Assembly: GCA_037445915.1 (NCBI GenBank)
Contig: JBBIJQ010000065.1
Location: 1 to 10,490, forward strand
DNA: 10,490 bases
Direction of reading: 5' to 3'
Origin: Planctomycetales bacterium
GTDB taxonomy: Bacteria; 4484-113
Position numbers and translations under genes: made by a program. The notes beneath the pieces were generated by a model, which did no database searches, was not told the origin of the DNA, and was given only the letters and a program-made list of their open reading frames with translations. Shown here in pieces: positions 1-6,231 of this stretch. The number at the start of each line of letters is the position of its first letter. Within the stretch, counting starts at the first letter, position 1.

Positions 1-66
1 CGCCCTGAACTGCCGCAACTCCCCAGCGCCTATATGCGGAGATAATTCGCTTTCACTGCCGGCCAT
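1..66 (-). CDS. 5' end of a gene running off the window (MAGSESELSPHIGAGELRQFRA...). Product not identifiable; FtsQ/DivIB or Ddl expected by synteny
   Basis: ATG at 66-64 has a strong SD (GGGAGG, 78-73) 6 nt upstream. It overlaps the murB end by 14 nt and is open to position 1. Not in the supplied ORF track. Confidence 0.65.
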   Translation of the reverse strand, partial: MAGSESELSPHIGAGELRQFRA

Positions 67-1012
67 CGTCGCCCTCCCAGCTTTGGTGCAGGAATGCAAG
101 CGTCTCGCTTGAGAACTTTCCAATAAACTTGATTTCAGGAACGAGGCAGCGACCGAAGGCTTCTTTCACCGAGCGCTTGCCCAGCACCATTAGCTCCAGT
201 ACGTCATCGCTGGAAGCCCCGCCGCTATTCAAAATGAAGTTCGCGTGCTTGTCGGAGTAAACGGCGCCGCCGCATCTCTTTCCCTTCATCCCTGCGCGGT
301 CAAGCAGCGCGCCGGCATACTCGCCGGCAGGGTTGAGGAAGACGCAGCCTGCGCTTGGCGTTTCAAGAGGTTGCATTTGCTGCTTTCGCTTTATCGTTTC
401 TCTCACTCGCGCGCGGGTGTCATCAGGGGAGTCAGGCTTAAGCCGCAGTAACACTGCTATCACGTAATTTCCCATCAGCCCGCAGCGCCGGTAGCCCATT
501 GTATGCTTTGAGGCGGGAACCACCGAAATGCCGCCGTCATTGGGCGATACCTCAACCAACCAGGCATCATTCTTCAGCGCTTCCATGAAACCCTGCGCGT
601 TCATTGCGACGGCGCCGCCAACACTACCCGGTATTCCCGCTAAACTCTCAACGCCGCTCAATCCAAGCTCCGCAGTAAAAGATGTAAGCTTTGAGATTGG
701 CGCGCCCGCCTCAACATACACGCACCTGCTCTTGTCCTCTTCGGGTATCGTGCTCCCGAAAAGCTCTTTTTCACCTGGCAGTTCGCGCAGCAAGGCGCAT
801 CTGGCAATGCGCGCAGTATAAATAAGCGGTTCTGCGACTCCATCTTTGCTGAACAGCACATTGCTCCCACGCCCAAGGACATGGAAAGCGCGCCCTTGAT
901 CGTTTAACGAGCCGACCGTTTCGGAAAATTCCCTTGGGGAGCGCGGGAAAATGACTTCGGAAGCTATGCCGCCAATCCGCCAGGTGCAATACCCGCGCAG
1001 GTTAACGTCCAT
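53..1012 (-). CDS. murB: UDP-N-acetylenolpyruvoylglucosamine reductase
   Basis: Motifs YCTWRIGG, LGRGSNVL, VEAG, GIPGSVGGAVAMNA, GYR, QPxxxPSAGCVFLNP, KHANFILN and PEIK. The start is placed at ATG 1012, 7 nt after the murC stop; TTG 1030 is an alternative. The ORF-track start at 1144 lies inside murC. Confidence 0.96.
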   Translation of the reverse strand: MDVNLRGYCTWRIGGIASEVIFPRSPREFSETVGSLNDQGRAFHVLGRGSNVLFSKDGVAEPLIYTARIARCALLRELPGEKELFGSTIPEEDKSRCVYVEAGAPISKLTSFTAELGLSGVESLAGIPGSVGGAVAMNAQGFMEALKNDAWLVEVSPNDGGISVVPASKHTMGYRRCGLMGNYVIAVLLRLKPDSPDDTRARVRETIKRKQQMQPLETPSAGCVFLNPAGEYAGALLDRAGMKGKRCGGAVYSDKHANFILNSGGASSDDVLELMVLGKRSVKEAFGRCLVPEIKFIGKFSSETLAFLHQSWEGDDGRQ

Positions 1013-1019
1013 TTGACGA

Positions 1020-2498
1020 TCAGTATTCAACTTCCTGCTTCGTCTCAAACAAGCCAGCGCGCTCAATCTCAGTTCCTTCGGCCAAAGAACGCAGATGAGC
1101 TGGGTAGGGGAGCTTCTTGTCGCGGAGGAATGCGGCAAGGTCAATCGCGACGTTATAAATGTCGCCTGCGCCTACTGTCAGGACGATGTCGCCGCTGGCG
1201 AGTGTTTTCTTGAGGTAAGTGAGTATCTCTTCGTTGCGGAGGATTACCTTCACTTTGCCTGGAGGGTAGGTCCGTTCAAAGAAGCTGTAAAGGTACTCGG
1301 TAGTGATGCCTTCAATCGGCTTCTCCAGCGCGGAGTAGATATCTGCGAGGATGATTTCATCTGCGTTCACAAAAGAGTCGGGAAACCGCGCCGCTAGCCT
1401 CTGGCTGCGAGTGAAGCGGTGCGGCTGGAAGACCACGCGCACCCTGCGGTTCTTGAACCCCGATACAGCGTCCAGCAGCGCGGAGATTTCGCTGGGGTGG
1501 TGCGCGTAATCGTCAACAATGAGGATATCATCGCGCTCCAATATGCGGTCAAAGCGCCGCACAACGCCGGGAAAGTTCTCCAGCCCGAAAGCGGACTTGC
1601 CGAAGTCGATGCCGCAAAGGCTTGAAACCGCAATCGCGGCGAGCGAGTTGCGGATGTTGTAGATGCCAGGCAGCCTAAGCGAAATGCGGCCGAGTTCTCT
1701 AGATAACTTGTTTACCACGGTGAAACGCGAGTAGTCAGGCCCGTACTCAACGTCAACCGCCCTGAAGTCGGCATCCTCGGCAAAACCGTATGTTGTTATC
1801 GGCCGCGTTATTTGCGGCTGAAGCTCCCGCAGCACCGGGTCGTCGGCGCAAATGACGCAGACTCCGCCGGGATGCTCGCTGTTCATGAACGCCAAGAAGC
1901 TGTTGCGCAAGTTCTCCAGGCTCTTGTGGAAGTCAAGGTGGTCGTCGTCAATGTTGGTTACGACCGCAACTTTCGGCGCAAACATGAGGATGGAGTTGTT
2001 GCTCTCGTCGCCTTCGCAGATGAAGTAATTGCTTTTGCCTAGCCGCGAGCTGCCGAATAGGTGGCGGACGCGGCCACCAAGCACGATGGTCGGGTCCATG
2101 TCGGCGTAGTAGAAAATCACCGAAATCATAGCGCTGGTGCTGGACTTACCGTGGCTTCCGGAAATGGAGATGGCGTGCTTCTTGCGCGCAAGGTAGGAGA
2201 GGAAGTCTATCCGGGACAGCACTGGCAGTCCGAGCTCTTTGGCCGCTACAACTTCAGGGTTGTTTTGCGGGATAGCGGTGGAGATGATGACCAAGTTGGC
2301 CTTGCGGACTTGGCGGGGGTCGTGGCCGCTAAAGATGATTGCGCCGTGCTCCTTTAGCTCATCTGTCACTTCGCTCTGAAAGACATCGGAGCCGCTGACT
2401 TCGTAGCCCATGTCAAGCATGAGGCGCGCCAGGGCTGACACGCCTGCGCCTCCGACTCCTACGAAGTGAATCCGCTTAATTTTTTTGGTAAGTACCAT
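1020..2498 (-). CDS. murC: UDP-N-acetylmuramate--L-alanine ligase
   Basis: Motifs IHFVGVGGAGVSALA, SGSD, P-loop SGSHGKSSTS, EGDES, TNIDDDHLD, GVVRRF, DDYAHHPSE, FQPHRFTR and GAGDI. YAHHP and FQPHR favour MurC over Mpl. The start is placed at ATG 2498 (MVLTKKIKRIHF). Confidence 0.96.
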   Translation of the reverse strand: MVLTKKIKRIHFVGVGGAGVSALARLMLDMGYEVSGSDVFQSEVTDELKEHGAIIFSGHDPRQVRKANLVIISTAIPQNNPEVVAAKELGLPVLSRIDFLSYLARKKHAISISGSHGKSSTSAMISVIFYYADMDPTIVLGGRVRHLFGSSRLGKSNYFICEGDESNNSILMFAPKVAVVTNIDDDHLDFHKSLENLRNSFLAFMNSEHPGGVCVICADDPVLRELQPQITRPITTYGFAEDADFRAVDVEYGPDYSRFTVVNKLSRELGRISLRLPGIYNIRNSLAAIAVSSLCGIDFGKSAFGLENFPGVVRRFDRILERDDILIVDDYAHHPSEISALLDAVSGFKNRRVRVVFQPHRFTRSQRLAARFPDSFVNADEIILADIYSALEKPIEGITTEYLYSFFERTYPPGKVKVILRNEEILTYLKKTLASGDIVLTVGAGDIYNVAIDLAAFLRDKKLPYPAHLRSLAEGTEIERAGLFETKQEVEY

Positions 2499-2510
2499 CA
2501 GGCAACAAAC

Positions 2511-2551
2511 CGCGCATCCCGCGCGCAAACTTGCGGAACTCCATTTCCGCA
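2511..2551 (-). other. Two short inverted repeats in the murC leader
   Basis: TGCGGAA-N6-TTCCGCA at 2532-2551 and CGCGC-N5-GCGCG at 2511-2525. On the minus strand the second is followed by GTTTGTT. Function unknown. Confidence 0.45.
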
Positions 2552-2557
2552 GCCACA

Positions 2558-2586
2558 ATTATAGCCGCTTAATCCCCTATTTGCAG
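2558..2586 (-). promoter_or_regulatory. Putative sigma70-type internal promoter upstream of murC
   Basis: The minus strand reads CTGCAA (2586-2581), a 17-nt spacer, then a perfect TATAAT (2563-2558), within the ftsW-murC gap. The -35 match is weak (3/6). Confidence 0.6.
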
Positions 2587-2587
2587 C

Positions 2588-3850
2588 TTAGGAGCGCTTT
2601 TGGGCGCGTGGAAGCTTTCGCTGGATAAGCCCCATAATAATTCCGAATATCAGCATGCTCACGATGGCGGAGGTTCCCCCGCTGCTAAAGAACGGCAAGG
2701 TCATTCCGGATACAGGCAGCGCGCCTACATTCGTTGAGATGTTAATAACCGCCTGCAAAGCAAGGTTAAAGCCAAGCCCGACAACGGCAACGCTTTCAAA
2801 TCCGTACGGCAGCAGCATGCTTGCGCGCAGGCATAGGAATGCGAAGTAGAGGAATAAGCTGATGACTGCCAGCCCGCCGGCCAGGCCGGTCTCCTCAACC
2901 CAAACGGCAAAGATGAAGTCGCGGTCATGCAGCGGGAGGCGGTTCATCTTTTGCAGGCTGCGCATGTAGCCACGGCCAAGTATGCCCGCCTGCGAAATTG
3001 CGCCCAACGACTGCGTAATCTGGTAAGCGTCGCCGGTCACGTCTTCCGTGGGGTAAAAGTGTGTGCGGACGCGCTCAAAAGCGTATTGGTACTTCTTAGG
3101 GAATACGAGCAGCCCGACTGCCGCAAACAAGATGAGCACAAGGAAAAACTTGCCCAGGCTTTTTAGCGGCACTCCGGCTAGCAATAGCGTAGCCAATGCA
3201 GTTGTTAGAATGATACTCGACGTGCCTAAATCAGGCTGAATGGCGACTAAACCTACGCTAAACAAAACCGCCGCATACGCCCATGCCAGGACGATGCGGT
3301 CGCGCCTGAGCGTGAACACATCCCCGCGCTCGGAGCGGAAGCTGCGGAATGCCCGCCGGCCGCCTTCTATGAGCACAGCGGCGATTAGCAGGACAACGGT
3401 AATCTTGAGGAACTCCGATGGCTGGAATACTACGCCAGCGAGATTCACCCAGCGCTTTGCGCCGTTTATCTCCACTCCAAGGGGCGTAAAACATGCAACG
3501 AGCAGGGCTGCGTTAATGAGGAAAAACAAATAGATGAAGTATTTGACGGCGCTATCCGACAATCTCGGAAGCGCAGCCGCAACGAACATAGCGAGTATCG
3601 CGCCTGCCGCAAGGAATCCGAGATGCTTGAGTATTGCCGAGTATGGGAACTCGCCCTGTGAGGCAAGAGGGGTGGAGGTTGCCGAAAACAGGGCCATCGC
3701 TCCCAGGATAATGAGCATGCCGGTGGCGGCGGCGAGGCTTCGCGCGGCTTTCCGCACTTCAACCTTATTCCCCGCCTCAATGGTCTTGCGGCGGTTTTCG
3801 TCAATGAGTCGGCTGCTTTGCGTCATCATCTTGCTGGTACGCAGCGCCAC
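2588..3850 (-). CDS. ftsW: SEDS-family peptidoglycan glycosyltransferase FtsW
   Basis: Multiple hydrophobic segments. Motifs NGAKRW, FQPSEFLK, QPDLGT, YQITQS, GRG, DFIFAxxxEExG and GMTLPFFSSGGTS. It lies directly after murD. The start is uncertain (GTG 3850, ATG 3829 or ATG 3826). Confidence 0.92.
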   Translation of the reverse strand: MALRTSKMMTQSSRLIDENRRKTIEAGNKVEVRKAARSLAAATGMLIILGAMALFSATSTPLASQGEFPYSAILKHLGFLAAGAILAMFVAAALPRLSDSAVKYFIYLFFLINAALLVACFTPLGVEINGAKRWVNLAGVVFQPSEFLKITVVLLIAAVLIEGGRRAFRSFRSERGDVFTLRRDRIVLAWAYAAVLFSVGLVAIQPDLGTSSIILTTALATLLLAGVPLKSLGKFFLVLILFAAVGLLVFPKKYQYAFERVRTHFYPTEDVTGDAYQITQSLGAISQAGILGRGYMRSLQKMNRLPLHDRDFIFAVWVEETGLAGGLAVISLFLYFAFLCLRASMLLPYGFESVAVVGLGFNLALQAVINISTNVGALPVSGMTLPFFSSGGTSAIVSMLIFGIIMGLIQRKLPRAQKRS

Positions 3851-3853
3851 CTC

Positions 3854-5221
3854 TTATAAAGCGAACACGAGTTTTTTGAAAAGCCTCCCGCGTTCTTCAA
3901 AGCTCTCAAACATATCAAAGCTTGCGCAGGCCGGCGAGAGCAGCACGGCTTGCCCAGGCTGCGCAAGTTCGCGGGCATAAGTGACCGCGGACTGGAAGCT
4001 ATCCGCGTGCGTTATCGCGCTAAAGCCTATGCTGAGTAGGGCTTCTTCAAACCTCTTGGCGGCCTCCCCTAGGAGAATAACTTGGCTGCAATGGCGGTTG
4101 ATCTGTCCAACCATCCCGTCAAGCTCAGTCTTCTTATCGCGTCCGCCCAAGATGAGAACAATGGGCTGGTCAAACGCCTTAAGCGCAGTAATTGTAGCTT
4201 CAGGGTTGGTCGCTTTGCTGTCGTTGTAGTAGCGGACGCCATCCAGCTCGCGCACAAATTCAATGCGGTGCTCAAAGCCCTCAAAGCTGGAGAGGCCAGT
4301 TTCCAGATGCGATTTCTTTGCGCCGAGCAAACGGGCAGCGAGCGATGCAGCCAGCGCATTTTCAATGTTGTGCAGCCCAGGGAGGCGCAGTGTTTCGCGC
4401 GGAAGCCGTACCGCGCCGCCATGCGCCGCGCCTGCGTCAATGACCAGTTCCCTGTCCTCAAGATACGCGCCTGGAGGGCCGGTTTCCCCTCCGCTGGAGA
4501 AAGGCAGGAATAGGACAGGGCGGTTGGGAAACGCTTCCGGCTGGAGGTTCTCATCCTCAGCGTTATAGATGACCGTATCGCCGGAGACCGAATTTTTGAT
4601 CATGCTGCGCTTCATTGCCGCGTAGTTGGCAAAGGTCTGGTGGCGTTCTAAATGGTCGGGCGTGATGTTCGTAAACATGGCTATTTGCGGGTGCAGGAGC
4701 GGGCTAGCCTCAAGCTGGTAGCTGCTCACCTCGCAACACACTACATCATCAGGCTTCAGGTTATCTACAATGTCAATAAACGGCTTGCCAATGTTGCCCA
4801 CGGCGAAGGAAGGGCGGAACACATTTAGGATGTGGTCAAGCAGCGCAGTCGTAGTGGACTTGCCGTTGCTGCCAGTGATGGCAACCAAGCGCGCCGATGA
4901 CTGGCGATAAGCAAGCTCAATTTCCGAAATGCACTCTACGCCTGCATTCTGCACTGGCTCAAGGAGCGGGTGGGCTAGGGGAACGCCCGGCGAAACTATC
5001 ACTAGCTCGCAGCCGCTAAACGCGTTTAGCGGGACATCGCCGATATAGGCAAAGACTCCGCTCGCGGCTGCAAAGCCTTCCAGTTCTTCGCGCTTTTCAG
5101 GCTTGGAAAGCTCGTCAACGCAGAGGGGTTCAGCCCCGTGCTTGAGCAGATAGGAAATTACTGCGCGGCCTGTAATGCCTAGGCCGAATACGCCAATTCG
5201 TTTACCATCTAAATTAATCAT
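3854..5221 (-). CDS. murD: UDP-N-acetylmuramoyl-L-alanine--D-glutamate ligase
   Basis: Motifs GLGITG, SPGVP, ITGSNGKSTTT, GNIG, EVSSYQLE, NITPDHLERH, HRIE, NDSKATN, GGRDK and LSPACASFDMFESFEERG. ATGA overlap with the mraY stop. Confidence 0.97.
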   Translation of the reverse strand: MINLDGKRIGVFGLGITGRAVISYLLKHGAEPLCVDELSKPEKREELEGFAAASGVFAYIGDVPLNAFSGCELVIVSPGVPLAHPLLEPVQNAGVECISEIELAYRQSSARLVAITGSNGKSTTTALLDHILNVFRPSFAVGNIGKPFIDIVDNLKPDDVVCCEVSSYQLEASPLLHPQIAMFTNITPDHLERHQTFANYAAMKRSMIKNSVSGDTVIYNAEDENLQPEAFPNRPVLFLPFSSGGETGPPGAYLEDRELVIDAGAAHGGAVRLPRETLRLPGLHNIENALAASLAARLLGAKKSHLETGLSSFEGFEHRIEFVRELDGVRYYNDSKATNPEATITALKAFDQPIVLILGGRDKKTELDGMVGQINRHCSQVILLGEAAKRFEEALLSIGFSAITHADSFQSAVTYARELAQPGQAVLLSPACASFDMFESFEERGRLFKKLVFAL

Positions 5222-6231
5222 TGTCGGTTAAGAATGAAGAACACTACGCAGCCGGTGCAGGCAACCAGTTGCGCTGCCCAGAACAGAAGAACTACTCTAA
5301 GTTCGCCCATTCCTGAGAGCTCTAAGTGGTGGTGCAGCGGGCTCATCTTGAACAACCGCTTGCCCTTGGTGAGCCTGAAGTAGGAGACTTGAAGAACAAC
5401 GCTAAGAAGCTCCAGGCCGTAAACTATGGAGAGCGGGATGAGGTAGAGCATAAACCCGCCGACAATCGCGGAGATGCCGAGGAAAGCGCCTAAAAAGTAG
5501 CTTCCGGTATCGCCCATGTATATCAGCGCAGGCTTAAAGTTAGCTATTAACAGCGCGAGCACCGCCCCTGCCAGCACCAGGCTTAAGAACGCCAGCGCAC
5601 TGTGGCCGTAGAGCGCTTCGTCTTGCAAGGCTAAAGTAAAAAGGGCTGCATACGCGGCGAGGCTGATAACCGCCATTCCAGATGCCAGACCATCCAAACC
5701 GTCCGTGAAGTTAAACGCATTAACCAGCCCGACGAGAAGGACCGTGCCCAGCGAGAAGTACAGCCAAGCCGGCATCGTTACCGGGTCAGGGACCGTGAAT
5801 AAGTACACTGACGGTTGAAGCTTGTAGGCGAAATACAGCGCTACCAGGGCAAAGATGACTTGAAGCACAAACTTGTATCGCGCGGGGAAGCCGCGCGAAC
5901 TGCGCTTGACAACCTTCATAAAGTCGTCCGCCAAGCCTAATAGGCTGAAAGCGGTTGCTACCAAGAGGACAAGCAAAACTCCAGGAAGTGAGGAATGGGC
6001 TAAGTTGCTTAGGTCGGGAGGCAGATAGAAACTGATGGCAACTCCCGCCGCGAGCAAAATAATAAATAGCAATCCCCCTGCCGTGGGCACCGCCTCTTTT
6101 TGCAGATGGTGCCTCGGCCCCCATTCGCGGAAGCTGTGGATAAAGCCGCGCCGCAGCAGGCGGTAAAGCGGATAGAGAATAATCAGCCCCAAGAGGGTAG
6201 AAAACGCAATGATGAAGAGTTTCTCTATCAC
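5218..6231 (-). CDS. mraY: Phospho-N-acetylmuramoyl-pentapeptide transferase
   Basis: Polytopic membrane protein with PTAGG, LADD, NAFNFTDGLDGLA, YMGDTGS and FKMSPLHHHLELSG. The GTG start overlaps the murF stop (GTGA). SD AAGGAGG at 6248-6242. Confidence 0.97.
   Translation of the reverse strand: MIEKLFIIAFSTLLGLIILYPLYRLLRRGFIHSFREWGPRHHLQKEAVPTAGGLLFIILLAAGVAISFYLPPDLSNLAHSSLPGVLLVLLVATAFSLLGLADDFMKVVKRSSRGFPARYKFVLQVIFALVALYFAYKLQPSVYLFTVPDPVTMPAWLYFSLGTVLLVGLVNAFNFTDGLDGLASGMAVISLAAYAALFTLALQDEALYGHSALAFLSLVLAGAVLALLIANFKPALIYMGDTGSYFLGAFLGISAIVGGFMLYLIPLSIVYGLELLSVVLQVSYFRLTKGKRLFKMSPLHHHLELSGMGELRVVLLFWAAQLVACTGCVVFFILNRQ

Noticed and set aside
1013..1144. ORF-track N-terminal extension of MurB from TTG 1144
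   Set aside because: It overlaps murC by 125 nt, has no SD and shows no MurB similarity. Kept only as part of the fusion hypothesis.
1020..2498. Possibility that the murC-like gene is the recycling ligase mpl
   Set aside because: The DDYAHHP, FQPHR and GAGDI motifs and adjacency to murB indicate MurC.
2499..2558. ORF-track MurC start at TTG 2558
   Set aside because: It overlaps the TATAAT box, and the added peptide is non-homologous. Homology starts at MVLTKKIKRIHF.
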